Assembly: GCA_001771185.1 (NCBI GenBank)
Contig: METB01000001.1
Span: 503,200-567,199, forward strand
DNA length: 64,000 bases
Origin: a candidate division Kazan bacterium RIFCSPHIGHO2_01_FULL_44_14
GTDB taxonomy: Bacteria > Patescibacteriota > Kazan-3B-28
Reading direction: 5' to 3'
Positions within the stretch are counted from its first letter, which is position 1, and each line of letters begins with the position of its first letter. The notes under the pieces were generated by a model that saw nothing but the letters and a program-made list of their open reading frames with translations, had not been told where the DNA came from and made no database searches. Below, piece by piece: positions 40,249 to 50,627 of this stretch. The position numbers and the translations under genes are program-made.

Positions 40249-41505
40249 TTACTTCGGCAAATAACTTAACGGGTTCAGAGGCGTTCCATTGTAACGAATT
40301 TCAAAGTGAAGATGAGGACCAGTTGACCGGCCGGTTGAACCCATGATGGCAATCAGTTGTCCTTGTTGGACATAATCACCTGATTTAACTTTGAATTGAC
40401 TCAAATGGCCATAACGGGTAATCCAGCCATTGCCATGATTGATATCAATGTAGTTGCCATAACCGCCCCGAACTGAATAGGTCCGGATAATCCCAGCGGC
40501 GGAAGCATAGATACCCCAGCCATTGAGGCGGTTGAGGTCAAGTGCTCGGTGATAGGTCCGATATCCTTGCGAGATAAAATGGGTCGGCGAAGTGGTTGGC
40601 CAAACAAATTGTCCGGCTGAAGCCGATGGATTGAAGCCGGGCAAACCCTGGATGTTACCAGATGGAACATATTGGCTACCGCTGGATGATTTGGGAGCGA
40701 CCATACCAGGGACCAATAGTTCTTGACCAGAAAAGATTGGAGCGCTGGTGTCTAGGCCATTGTATTTGACGATATCGTCGACATTGACTTTGTAGCGCTT
40801 CGCGATGGTGCTTAAAGTATCATTTTTGTTAACGGTGACATAAATACCGTCAATCGGCGGGATTTTTAACTTTTGTCCAGTCGAAAGTGCATTGCCAGTC
40901 AGTTTGTTGGCGTACTGCAAAGTATCAGGGCTAAGACCAAAATCCCTAGCCACAGACGAGACCGATTCGCCCGGTTTGACTTCGTACATAATAGTTTCGC
41001 GTCTAGCATTGCGGGAAATGATGGTTTCAGTAGCACCAGTTTTGAAGATATAGTCATTGCTGTCACCGACGGTGGTGATAACTTCGTCGTAGACCACATC
41101 TTCGTTGAAATATTCAGTTGAGGCCAATTCGGCAACTGTCCGATAACGGACTTGATTTTGATTGGTCTCACCACCGACCGCAATCATGGCTTGGCGGGGA
41201 GTGAGGCCGGACAAGATTACGGTGATAGCCAGTAAAACGATTGCCCAATGACTGCCGAAACTATTCAACGATCGGTAGATTGGTTTAATGGATAAAGCAG
41301 GGAGAGAGACCCGTTTGATGGCATCGAAACTCAAGCCACGAAGTGACCGACGGGGTTTATGACGAACTTCAACTGGCTTTTTTGAACCAGTTTCCGGACG
41401 CTTAATTGGGTCTCGTCCTATCTTTAACCGTTCCGACAACCGAGTAAAACGAGATGGCTTACCAGTGTTAATGGCTGATGTCTTTAGTGATATAACGGGG
41501 GTCAA
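40249..41505 (-). CDS. LysM-M23 peptidase
   Basis: Two LysM repeats; HRALD, YGHL, STGPHLHFE. Confidence 0.93.
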   Translation of the reverse strand: MTPVISLKTSAINTGKPSRFTRLSERLKIGRDPIKRPETGSKKPVEVRHKPRRSLRGLSFDAIKRVSLPALSIKPIYRSLNSFGSHWAIVLLAITVILSGLTPRQAMIAVGGETNQNQVRYRTVAELASTEYFNEDVVYDEVITTVGDSNDYIFKTGATETIISRNARRETIMYEVKPGESVSSVARDFGLSPDTLQYANKLTGNALSTGQKLKIPPIDGIYVTVNKNDTLSTIAKRYKVNVDDIVKYNGLDTSAPIFSGQELLVPGMVAPKSSSGSQYVPSGNIQGLPGFNPSASAGQFVWPTTSPTHFISQGYRTYHRALDLNRLNGWGIYASAAGIIRTYSVRGGYGNYIDINHGNGWITRYGHLSQFKVKSGDYVQQGQLIAIMGSTGRSTGPHLHFEIRYNGTPLNPLSYLPK

Positions 41506-41636
41506 AAGACCAACCCGAACATAACGAAAAGAGCTACCTTAACAAGTGCTCTAAGACACTTATCACTCTACCATTTTTGGGGCGATTTAGCAAGTCAGAA
41601 AATCACAAAATCACCATATCGCTAAATTGCTATTTT

Positions 41637-42647
41637 CTATCTTGAAATTACCGTTAATCGGACAATCTGATCGAAACGGCTAGTGTTGCCGGCTTGATCA
41701 GTTAGAACTAACGAGATGGAATAAGCGCCTGGTTGGTTGGGAGCAAGCAATGTGCCGGTAAAAATACTTGATTGATTGTGATCGAACAATTCATAAGTTT
41801 TGCCTTCAAATTCGGCAATGACTTTGGTGGTGTTGAGAGAAGCTGGCACAAACAATCCAAAGCTGCTCCCAGCCACTGCTCGGTTGGGGCTGATTCGGAT
41901 ATTACTAGTATCTAGTTTGACTGGCTCGGTTTTGACTGTTACGGTAACGAGATTGCTAATCGGGCTATTAATCCCTAGGTCACTAACTGCTGTGGCTGAC
42001 AATGTGTGTTGGCCATTGTAAAGCGGTTCGGTTAAATGAACCCGGAATTGGCCGTTAGTATCAGTGGTGGTCGTGGTGTTAACCGCGCCGTTATCAGTGA
42101 TGATGATTTTGGTATTCGGCAGACCAGTCCCCGACAGTTCGGGCTTGGGTGTGTCGATGGCACTACCATCGGGCGGGGAAATAATAATTGGTGTAGCGGG
42201 AATAGTAGCGACTGCCAAAGTGATTTTGACAGTTTGTTCTAGGGCTCCGGCTTTAACTAAGATTATTACTTCGCCGGGATTGGTGCCGGCGGTATAGGTA
42301 AATTGATAGGGATTTTCGGTGGTGGGAGTGCGTTGAATCTGACCGTCACCCTGAATGATACTAGCAGTAACGGTTTGGCGGAGATGGATCAGAGTAGCAG
42401 TAATTGTGGTCTGGCTTTGCCCATCAGCCGGCAAGGTGGTCCGATCAACTTTGACCAGCAAGTTAAATCCGAATAACCGAGTGGTAAATTGACTGATTCG
42501 GTAAAACATCTGGCGACCATTGACTCCGCTTTGATTTAATCCCCAAATTGATCCGCCGATAATAATGATTACCGCTAGACCAATAGCAGAATAAAGTAGA
42601 AAACCAAATTGTGGGCGGGGCGGTTTGGCTGTAGACATAACGCTCAT
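41637..42647 (-). CDS. Membrane-anchored Ig-like domain protein
   Basis: TM anchor; LPADGQSQTTITAT and other Big-type beta-rich repeats. Confidence 0.75.
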   Translation of the reverse strand: MSVMSTAKPPRPQFGFLLYSAIGLAVIIIIGGSIWGLNQSGVNGRQMFYRISQFTTRLFGFNLLVKVDRTTLPADGQSQTTITATLIHLRQTVTASIIQGDGQIQRTPTTENPYQFTYTAGTNPGEVIILVKAGALEQTVKITLAVATIPATPIIISPPDGSAIDTPKPELSGTGLPNTKIIITDNGAVNTTTTTDTNGQFRVHLTEPLYNGQHTLSATAVSDLGINSPISNLVTVTVKTEPVKLDTSNIRISPNRAVAGSSFGLFVPASLNTTKVIAEFEGKTYELFDHNQSSIFTGTLLAPNQPGAYSISLVLTDQAGNTSRFDQIVRLTVISR

Positions 42648-42747
42648 ATTGTAGCGGTATTGGTTGGATTGAAGCAATTTATGTTGGCCTAATCTGTTTT
42701 GTGCTATATTAGGAATGCATATAACAGGTCTTAATTATTTTTTGAAT

Positions 42748-44169
42748 ATGGTCAGGATTAAAGATGAGTCATCAGGTCGTCCGGTTAAAGTAACTAAGCG
42801 TGAACCAATCCGGCGTGAGTCGGTTGAGTCGGAAGTACCGGCCGGGGCTAGTCGGTTGAGACGGTCCCACCGCGGTCGGGGTGCCCGTCGGGCAATTTTT
42901 ACTACTGTGTTGGTAGTTCTGTTGTTGGGAGTAGGTTGGTTTACGGCTCGGGCAGCCATTGTTGGCTTAGGATTAGACACTAGTAACAGTTTCTTAGCGA
43001 GTTTGTTTAATATTAAGACCGCTAAGTTAATCGGCGAAGAAGATGGCCAGGTTAACTTTATGCTGTTTGGTAATCCGGGTGGGACTGATAATGATGGCCC
43101 AGATTTGACCGACACGATTATGTTGGCCAGTTATAATACGACCACACAGTATCTGCATCTCTTTTCCTTACCGCGTGATTTGTATGTCAATTTAGACGGT
43201 TATGGCATGACTAAAGCCAATGCGGTGTTTGAATTAGGTGATTCCAAATTTAGTGATGGTCCAGGTACGGCGATGAAGACCTTCGGTGATTTGTTGGGAG
43301 TAACAGTACCGTATTATGTGAAGATTGATTTCGACGGTTTCAAGCAGGTGGTGGATGAGTTGGGCGGAGTGACGGTGGAGGTGAAGAAAGACCTGTTCGA
43401 TACTCAATATCCAGACGGGAATAAAGGATATGCGACAGTTGATATCAAAGTCGGGACTTACACGATGGATGGCGAAATGGCGCTGAAATATGCGCGGTCG
43501 CGTCAAAGCACATCCGACTTTGATCGGGCTCGTCGTCAACAGCAGATCTTGGTGGCGTTGCGAGACAAGGCCAAAGATTTGGATTTGTTATCGTCACCGA
43601 CCAAACTCTTGGACATTGCCGAAATCGTTAAAGATCATTTCTCGAGCAACTTAACCAGTTCAGAAATGAGTCGGTTGCTTCAACTGTTGTCTGACTTTGA
43701 TAGTACTAAGATCACTAACAAAGTATTTGACGACAGCGCTACTGGTGGTTTGTATGCCACCAAAGTTGATGGAGCGTTTGTATTGAAACCAGTGGATGAT
43801 GACTACACCAAATTGCAAAATACGGTGGAGACAATTTTGAACCAAGCTGCGCCGAGCAATGATCAGCCGGTGGAAGATGCCGTCACCACGCCATTAAAAG
43901 TGGAAGTATTGAATGGTACTAATGTGACTGGTTTAGCGGGTAAGACGGCCGAAAAAGTTAAGACCGGTGGATTTAATGTGGTTAAGACCGGCAACAATGT
44001 CACTAAGGGTTTTGCTGATTCGGTGATTTATGACGGCACCGGGGGAACACGACCTAATGCAATTCGGCAACTAATCGAGCTGACCGGTGCAACTTTGAGC
44101 ACCGAAACGGTCACGCTGTCTTCGGGGGCTGAAGTGCGATTGGTCGTGGGCGAGTCAGCCAACAAGTAA
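42748..44169 (+). CDS. LCP family protein with LytR C-terminal domain
   Basis: TDTIML, SLPRD, DFDRARRQQ, VEVLNGTNVTGLAG. Confidence 0.93.
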   Translation: MVRIKDESSGRPVKVTKREPIRRESVESEVPAGASRLRRSHRGRGARRAIFTTVLVVLLLGVGWFTARAAIVGLGLDTSNSFLASLFNIKTAKLIGEEDGQVNFMLFGNPGGTDNDGPDLTDTIMLASYNTTTQYLHLFSLPRDLYVNLDGYGMTKANAVFELGDSKFSDGPGTAMKTFGDLLGVTVPYYVKIDFDGFKQVVDELGGVTVEVKKDLFDTQYPDGNKGYATVDIKVGTYTMDGEMALKYARSRQSTSDFDRARRQQQILVALRDKAKDLDLLSSPTKLLDIAEIVKDHFSSNLTSSEMSRLLQLLSDFDSTKITNKVFDDSATGGLYATKVDGAFVLKPVDDDYTKLQNTVETILNQAAPSNDQPVEDAVTTPLKVEVLNGTNVTGLAGKTAEKVKTGGFNVVKTGNNVTKGFADSVIYDGTGGTRPNAIRQLIELTGATLSTETVTLSSGAEVRLVVGESANK

Positions 44170-44177
44170 TTGTCCCC

Positions 44178-44963
44178 ATGCAAAAAATCGGTCCCTGGTT
44201 TTGGAATAATCGTAAAAGTTTAATTACCACGGCGCTCTTCGGGGCGCTGTTGGAATTGTTGTTTATTTTTCCGACCTATTTGGTTTGGTGGGTGGTGGGA
44301 CTGGCAATTATTTTGACAATGGGAGTGTGGTGGTTAGCAGGTTTTGGCCGTGACATCCAGAAATGGTGGTGGCTATGGGCGGAAAGTATTTGGGTCACGG
44401 CTGGTGGGATTGGTTTGGTGATTTTCAGTTTGTTGAATATTTGGCAGTTTCAAATCGTGACGTTGCTAATCTTGCTGGTGATGTTCGGAATCTTTAAATT
44501 TTATAATCAGTATTTTCAGGACAATACCTGGCCAGTTCGGTCATTTTCGTTGTTAAGCTTTCTGAACCTAGTCGCTTTTTTTGCGACTGGCGCTAGTTGG
44601 CTGATGGCAGCCGAGTTTTATAACTTGGATTCTGGCTGGTTGATGTTGGGATATTTAGCCCAAGTAGTTTTGGCAATCAATTTGCGGTTCTGGCGAGAAG
44701 GGGTAATGAGTGTCAGACGGTGGTTTTATATTCTAGTAACTGCCCTGGTATTAGAAGAAGCCCTGTGGGTAATTAGTTCCTGGCACAGGGGAGTGTATCT
44801 GAAGGCCTTTTTACTGGCGATGATTTTTTATGTGTTTATGGATTTCATTCTTCACTACAGTCGAGGGACGCTGACAGTTAAGGTGGTGGTGGAATATGCT
44901 AGTTTGATCGCTTTTCTGTTGGTAACCATCTTTGTGTTTGACTGGCTGTTAATTCTGCAGTAA
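44178..44963 (+). CDS. Polytopic membrane protein
   Basis: About eight hydrophobic segments. Confidence 0.75.
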   Translation: MQKIGPWFWNNRKSLITTALFGALLELLFIFPTYLVWWVVGLAIILTMGVWWLAGFGRDIQKWWWLWAESIWVTAGGIGLVIFSLLNIWQFQIVTLLILLVMFGIFKFYNQYFQDNTWPVRSFSLLSFLNLVAFFATGASWLMAAEFYNLDSGWLMLGYLAQVVLAINLRFWREGVMSVRRWFYILVTALVLEEALWVISSWHRGVYLKAFLLAMIFYVFMDFILHYSRGTLTVKVVVEYASLIAFLLVTIFVFDWLLILQ

Positions 44964-45047
44964 TAAATAGGGCAGGATGTACGGAGTAGAAGGTGGTCCC
45001 TCGGTTCCTCGGGATAAAATTAATAAATTAATTTATAGAGGGAGGTT

Positions 45048-46184
45048 ATGAAGCAGATTAATTGGAAGCAATTGGGTCTATTAACAATTGCCGGGGCAAT
45101 TGGCGGGGGATTAACCTTATCAGGATGGCTTTGGTTGGGTCCTAAGACGGTTGGCCAATCAGGAGGGCCGGTTACCTCCGACAGCACAGTTCAGCCGGGA
45201 GATAATGGTGGGACGCTGACTCAAACTTCTTCGACGGTAGAAAGTGCAGTTAAGAAAGTTTTGCCTTCGGTGGTGTCGATTACAAGCCAGGATAAAGTTC
45301 AGGGCTTCTTTGGTGGAACTTATAATCAGACCGGTGGTGGTTCAGGATTTGTAGTGCGTAAAGACGGTTTGATTGTGACTAATAAACATGTAGTTAGTAG
45401 TACAACTGCAACTTATACTGTGACAATTTCGACTGGTAAAACCTATTCGGCTCAAGTTGTATCGCGTGATCCAGCGGCGGACTTGGCGCTAGTGAAAATT
45501 AATGTCAGCAATTTAATCGTCGTGACTCTGGGTGATTCTAGTAAATTATCGTTAGGTCAAAATGTAGTAGCAATTGGAAATACTTTGGGTGAGTATCAAA
45601 ATACGGTTACGACTGGAGTAATTAGCGGTTTAAACCGAACCATTACGGCGGGTGATGGTTATGGTTCTAGTGAAACGCTAAGTAATGTGATTCAGACCGA
45701 TGCGGCGATTAACCCGGGTAATTCAGGTGGCCCATTGATCAACCTAAACGGCGAAGTAGTCGGAATTAATACTGCAGTTGACTCCCAAGGGCAGTCGGTT
45801 GGGTTCGCGATTCCAATTAATAGCGTTAAAAGTCAAATTCAAGTAGTAGCGGCGGGCGGAACTATCTCTCGCCCGCAGTTGGGGGTGCGGTATGTACCAG
45901 TAACAGCTGATATGGCTAAAGAAAATAAGTTGAGCGCTAGCGAAGGAGCGTTGGTAACCCACGGGAGTGGGATTAGTGATGTGGCGGTTACGGTGGGTGG
46001 GCCGGCGGATTTAGCCGGGGTTAGAGAAGGGGATATTATTATTTCGGTTAATGGTGAAAAAGTAACAGAAACAAATGATTTAGGTGGGATTGTGCAAAAG
46101 TTTCAGCCGGGTGATTCGATTACAGTTAGATTGAATCGGCAAGGACAAGTTAAAACCGTGACGGTTAGGTTAGGGAAGATGTAG
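45048..46184 (+). CDS. htrA: HtrA/DegP-family serine protease with one PDZ domain
   Basis: TNKHVV, IQTDAAINPGNSGGPL. Confidence 0.96.
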   Translation: MKQINWKQLGLLTIAGAIGGGLTLSGWLWLGPKTVGQSGGPVTSDSTVQPGDNGGTLTQTSSTVESAVKKVLPSVVSITSQDKVQGFFGGTYNQTGGGSGFVVRKDGLIVTNKHVVSSTTATYTVTISTGKTYSAQVVSRDPAADLALVKINVSNLIVVTLGDSSKLSLGQNVVAIGNTLGEYQNTVTTGVISGLNRTITAGDGYGSSETLSNVIQTDAAINPGNSGGPLINLNGEVVGINTAVDSQGQSVGFAIPINSVKSQIQVVAAGGTISRPQLGVRYVPVTADMAKENKLSASEGALVTHGSGISDVAVTVGGPADLAGVREGDIIISVNGEKVTETNDLGGIVQKFQPGDSITVRLNRQGQVKTVTVRLGKM

Positions 46185-46646
46185 TTTTTTTGGTGTTGAT
46201 TTCTTATCACCCCGAGGGACAAGCATCGTCCCGACGAACGGAGGGGAGGGTTTTTTTATATGTCTTAATTTGTTTTCCCGAATCCGCCAGCTGGCGGACT
46301 GAGGGAATACACTTTTCTTATCCGTCATTCTGGCTCCCGCCTGCAACGATGTAGCATCTTCGGGTAGGTGACCAGAATCTTTTTCTTTCCAAGGGTCTAC
46401 GCCACCCTTGATGGGCGGTTACTTTCGTCTTGGCGAAAGTAACCAAAGCCGTGGCCCGCTCACCAATTCAGTTGCCACAAACCAAAATCACCCTTTCTGG
46501 ATTTAACCGCAAACTTGCTACGCTCAAACATGCTTATCCAGACCGGGCGATTTTGCTACTGGCAATCTGAATTGCTTCGAAGGGCCAATAAAAAGAGGCA
46601 GAGAAAAAGACCCCCGGAGGGGGTCTTTAATGTATCGTTCCGCCAG

Positions 46647-47012
46647 TTATATCCGGGTGAGACTACAGGCGGTGTCCATGATCTCCCCGGTCGATACCAG
46701 AGTCCACTTACCTAACCATTGCCAGCCATCTTTGGCGGCGGGGCTGTCGGTTGGGGTAGGAGAATACTCGTAGAGGTACCCACCCTCGTCAAAAGACGTT
46801 GCGTCAAGGCACAGACGTCCGACTAGGGGAACTTCTTTGTATCCTTTTTTGAAATGGAGATGATCGTCCATGAGTATTCCCTTGATGGCACCAGACCCAT
46901 AACGATCCGTTACTGTTCCCTGGAAGTTACCCTCTTCGTCCGTTTCGATTTCCCCTTCAAACCTACTGCCACCTAGACAGTCGGCATAGATACCGGTAAC
47001 CCGATATTTCAT
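46647..47012 (-). CDS. Hypothetical beta-rich protein
   Basis: AAGGAGG RBS; downstream hairpin. Confidence 0.6.
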   Translation of the reverse strand: MKYRVTGIYADCLGGSRFEGEIETDEEGNFQGTVTDRYGSGAIKGILMDDHLHFKKGYKEVPLVGRLCLDATSFDEGGYLYEYSPTPTDSPAAKDGWQWLGKWTLVSTGEIMDTACSLTRI

Positions 47013-47091
47013 TACAACTACCTCCTTCAAAGTTCAATTGGACGCTTCAATGTACATCTAAAATCTTTGGTTGTCTAGCGACTATCTTTTT

Positions 47092-47210
47092 CGTCATTCC
47101 CGCGGAGGCGGGAATCTAGAAAGGATAATAAAAAATCTTTTTCTGTTCTTGGTGGACAGGATGGATCCCCGATGTCGGAGTGCTAATGCTTCCGACTCGA
47201 GGGTGACCAT
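47092..47210. repeat. REP/dRS3-like palindromic element
   Basis: ATTCCC-N8-GGGAAT at 47096-47115; GTCATTC...GGTGAC ends; relatives near 22220, 46323, 49173, 52889, 55841 and 63820. Confidence 0.7.
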
Positions 47211-47281
47211 TCAACTGTATTCATGGTCATCTAAAACCCTCCGTCAGCTGACGGAGGGTTTTAGTAATAATCAAATTGAGA

Positions 47282-47977
47282 TTATCGCTTGTGGCCGACT
47301 TCTTTGCGAAGATCGTCCAAAGTTTCAGAGGCAGCTTTCTGTCCACCCAGCCCAAAGGCAAGACCGCCAGCCAACGCAATCATAAAGAAGAGCGCGGTAA
47401 TAAGCCGGTCGATGATGGAAGCAGCAATCCCCAACTGATTTAAGGCGACCAAAATAGTGAAGATGTAAATCGTCCACTTGGTCATTGCGCCCAAGAAATG
47501 AGCGGCCTTAACCCGAGCGGCACCAATAGTACCGCGAACCACGCCTGCGAAGAAGTGAGCGGAAAGCGTACCAATCAGCAGGATGGCGATAGCCACGAAG
47601 ACATTCGGGACATACATCAAGATCTGATTCAAGAAATCAGTTACCTTAGACAGACCCAAAATGTCGGAAGCGGCCAAGAAAGCAATCAACAAAATAGTCC
47701 AACGGACTAAGTTGCCGACTACTTCTGACACATCCAAATCAACGCCTGACTTATCAAAGAAGGTCTTAGCGCCGATTTTATTCAGAGCACCGTCAATTTT
47801 CAGTTGCTTAAGAATTTGAGTAACCAACCGATCCAATCCAGCTGCTACAATCCATCCTACAATCAAGATGATGGCTGCACCAACTAAAGCAGGCAGAAAC
47901 AGCAAAAAGCGTCCCCAAATATCCTGCAAAGGATTGAGAACTGCGTTACCCCAAACAGTAAAAAGATTATCCGTCAT
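47282..47977 (-). CDS. MscS-associated TM-helix repeat protein (CmpX-like)
   Basis: FLPALVGAAIILIVGWIVA; GLAFGLGG. Confidence 0.85.
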   Translation of the reverse strand: MTDNLFTVWGNAVLNPLQDIWGRFLLFLPALVGAAIILIVGWIVAAGLDRLVTQILKQLKIDGALNKIGAKTFFDKSGVDLDVSEVVGNLVRWTILLIAFLAASDILGLSKVTDFLNQILMYVPNVFVAIAILLIGTLSAHFFAGVVRGTIGAARVKAAHFLGAMTKWTIYIFTILVALNQLGIAASIIDRLITALFFMIALAGGLAFGLGGQKAASETLDDLRKEVGHKR

Positions 47978-48236
47978 TACAATTCCCTTTGTTTAGTTTA
48001 TATATACGCGTATAGATAAATCCTATTTGTTTTTCGACCCTATTATCAAAGGACTGCCGTCGCTTTGATACTCGCATTATAACCAAAAAGTCCCCAAATC
48101 GCTAGTCCGCAAAGCTACCCAGCCCGCATGTTGTAGCACTATGGGCGGACGATTAGCGTTGCTGGCGGGCTAGTGAGCCATTTGGAGATGGATAAGAAAA
48201 AAGCCCTGATGTTTTAAATCAGGGCTTTTTTGGTGG

Positions 48237-48758
48237 TTAAACACTGGCGACCAAACATACCGACGACTGTAGGTTTTTGTTTTCATATTTGTCCAGAGTG
48301 AGGCACTTAGGTCCTTTTATGAGATCCTCATAGACAATCACGAAACTACGATTTTTTGCTGTGGTGATTTTGACAGTATCTCCCAGGTGAATAATTACAA
48401 GGCTGTCTTCTCCGTTGCTTGGGTCGCTCGTCGACACAAGGCACTCGGGAACGCCCTTGCCCGCCACGACCCTCCCTGGTGTACCCATTCCACCTGCGTG
48501 GATGCGCACTAAGATGCGCTTGTCTTGTCTAGGCCCGGGATTCTGAAGAATCCAGTATGTTTTCGGACCAGTCGAAAAAGATGTTGGGCAGGCGCCGTAG
48601 ACGATTGATCCATCCCTGAATGTGTCAGGGGGGTTGTTTCGGCAGAGTTTCACTCTGCTACTACCGTTGCCAAGCCGTATAACTTGTCCTAGATCTTTGT
48701 CGGCGGAGATGGCAATCCCTCTGTTCAAGACACCAAGAATAAAAGTGAAACACAACAT
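48237..48758 (-). CDS. Hypothetical protein
   Basis: ORF with purine-rich RBS and downstream hairpin. Confidence 0.6.
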   Translation of the reverse strand: MLCFTFILGVLNRGIAISADKDLGQVIRLGNGSSRVKLCRNNPPDTFRDGSIVYGACPTSFSTGPKTYWILQNPGPRQDKRILVRIHAGGMGTPGRVVAGKGVPECLVSTSDPSNGEDSLVIIHLGDTVKITTAKNRSFVIVYEDLIKGPKCLTLDKYENKNLQSSVCLVASV

Positions 48759-49078
48759 GATATTCCCCCTTGTTCTGCTAAGGGCTTAAATTTATCAGGT
48801 GTCAAACTCCTGATAGGCCCCGGACAGTACATCTGTCAAAGAACGCCCCTATCCTACCTGATTTACGGGTGGTTGTCAAGTAATAATGGGCTCTGGGAGC
48901 CACTTATATCTGGTGCCCTAGGAGAGACTTCCACCGTCGTTCAATTCTGCTGTACAGCAGAATATCACTTATGAGCGGACCTTGCTTCTCGTCCTTTCAT
49001 ATCTACAATAACAAAACAGAGCCAAATGGCTCAGTTTCGTTATGGTGGGCCAGCCCGCATTGCTACGCAAAGCGTTGC

Positions 49079-49163
49079 TGGTGGGCGCGAGAGGACTCGA
49101 ACCTCCACGGATTGCTCCACTAGCTCCTAAAGCTAGCGTGTATACCAATTTCACCACGCGCCC
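49079..49163 (-). tRNA. tRNA-Leu (TAG)
   Basis: Cloverleaf with long variable arm, CTAGC-TTTAGGA-GCTAG, CCA. Confidence 0.97.
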
Positions 49164-49344
49164 TCGTCGCAACGTCATTCCCGCACCCGTCCGCAACGAT
49201 TCGCCAGCCCGTAGTGGATACAACATTTCTGGCGGGCGTAGCGATTCGGGCAGGAAGGCGGGAATCCAGAAAGAAAAATAAAAAACTTTTTCCTGTTTCT
49301 GTCTGGATCCCGGCCTTCGCCGGGATGACAAGATAAAATTATTT

Positions 49345-50019
49345 TCAAACAGTCACTAAATCTTTCAACTGTCCAAAGATACTGTCGCCAATTCCTGGCA
49401 CATCCATCAAACCATCAATACTCTTAAATGGTCCTGAAAGCAAGCGATAGTCAATAATTCGTTGAGCCAGTACCGGTCCAATCCCGGGTAATAATTCCAA
49501 CTCGCTACTTTCAGCTGAGTTGATATTTATTTTAGTACCACTTTCTGAAGTGATATTGGTGGCTGGAACATTGGAGTTGCTGGGTGGTACATAACTTTCG
49601 CCGATTTTAGGAATATAAATTTTACCATGGTTGGTCAGTTCTTGGGCGCGATTAATTGAATGGGCAATTGCGTCTAAATCGGCTCGACGACTGAATCCGC
49701 CGGCCGAGTTGATGGCGTCTTCGACAATTTTTCCAGCGTCCAACCAATAGACGCCAGGTTTAATTACGGCTCCAGCAATATCAACTACCAGTTTGCCGTT
49801 GGTGGGGTTGGCGGTTTCTGAATTGGCAATCGACTCTATCTCGCCAGCAGTTTTAATATCTGGTCCTGCTAAAGTACTTCTGGGTGGCGTTAGCATTAAA
49901 TACACACCCAAACTCAATATCAACAGTAAACCGCCGAAAATGTAGTAGCGGTATTTTTCAAAGAAATCTGATTCTGGGGGATCAGGCGTGAGTGTAAAAG
50001 GTGAGAGCGGTGTCTCCAT
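49345..50019 (-). CDS. comEA: Competence protein ComEA
   Basis: TM segment; SLBB domain (VDIAGAVIKPGVY); HhH motifs (LPGIGPVLA, VPGIG). Confidence 0.93.
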   Translation of the reverse strand: METPLSPFTLTPDPPESDFFEKYRYYIFGGLLLILSLGVYLMLTPPRSTLAGPDIKTAGEIESIANSETANPTNGKLVVDIAGAVIKPGVYWLDAGKIVEDAINSAGGFSRRADLDAIAHSINRAQELTNHGKIYIPKIGESYVPPSNSNVPATNITSESGTKININSAESSELELLPGIGPVLAQRIIDYRLLSGPFKSIDGLMDVPGIGDSIFGQLKDLVTV

Positions 50020-50506
50020 AGCGTTTATTGTTCCAAATCCGAAGATTTGGATTCTGGGGCGGTTCTTTATCACTACTGTGTTCAATAACCAAAATCCCGT
50101 TTTCGGTTAACAAATTTTCCCAGCCAGTAATATCTAGGATATCTTCGTACCAGGGGTCGGCAAAGACAATATTGTAGGGGGACTGGTTCGCAGTCAAAAA
50201 ATCTTCCACCAACATCATCCGTACGGTTCCGCGGTCAGTCATCCCTAATTTATTTAAATTTTGTTTAATCAGGTTGTAATGATTACGATCTTTTTCAACA
50301 AACAATACTTGGGTTGCTCCACGGCTAATAGCTTCAATCCCAATCGCACCACTGCCAGCAAACAGTTCTAAAAAGTTAGCGCCAACTACTTTATCGTTTA
50401 ATACATCAAACACGGCTTTGCGGACCAGTTCCATGGCTGGTCGTAAAGTTGGCAGGGTATTAATTAAATTACCTTTAAATTTTCCAGCAGTAATTCTTAG
50501 TTGCAT
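49982..50506 (-). CDS. rsmD: 16S rRNA m2G966 methyltransferase
   Basis: LRITAGKFKG, LFAGSGAIGIEA, ADPWY, KRYGDT. Confidence 0.93.
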   Translation of the reverse strand: MQLRITAGKFKGNLINTLPTLRPAMELVRKAVFDVLNDKVVGANFLELFAGSGAIGIEAISRGATQVLFVEKDRNHYNLIKQNLNKLGMTDRGTVRMMLVEDFLTANQSPYNIVFADPWYEDILDITGWENLLTENGILVIEHSSDKEPPQNPNLRIWNNKRYGDTALTFYTHA

Positions 50507-50513
50507 CCAATTA

Positions 50514-50627
50514 AATTCTAAGCGCTAAATCCGAAATTCTAAACAAATCCTAAATCTTAATGTTCCAAATAATTTGTGATTTTGGGTTTGGAATTTGTTT
50601 AGATTTTAGTGTTTCGGATTTCGTATT
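50514..50627. repeat. Degenerate heptamer arrays in inverted orientation
   Basis: AAATCC(G/T)-like units followed by complementary GGATTT/GAATTT units; similar tracts at 37040-37161 and 52670-52820. Confidence 0.65.
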
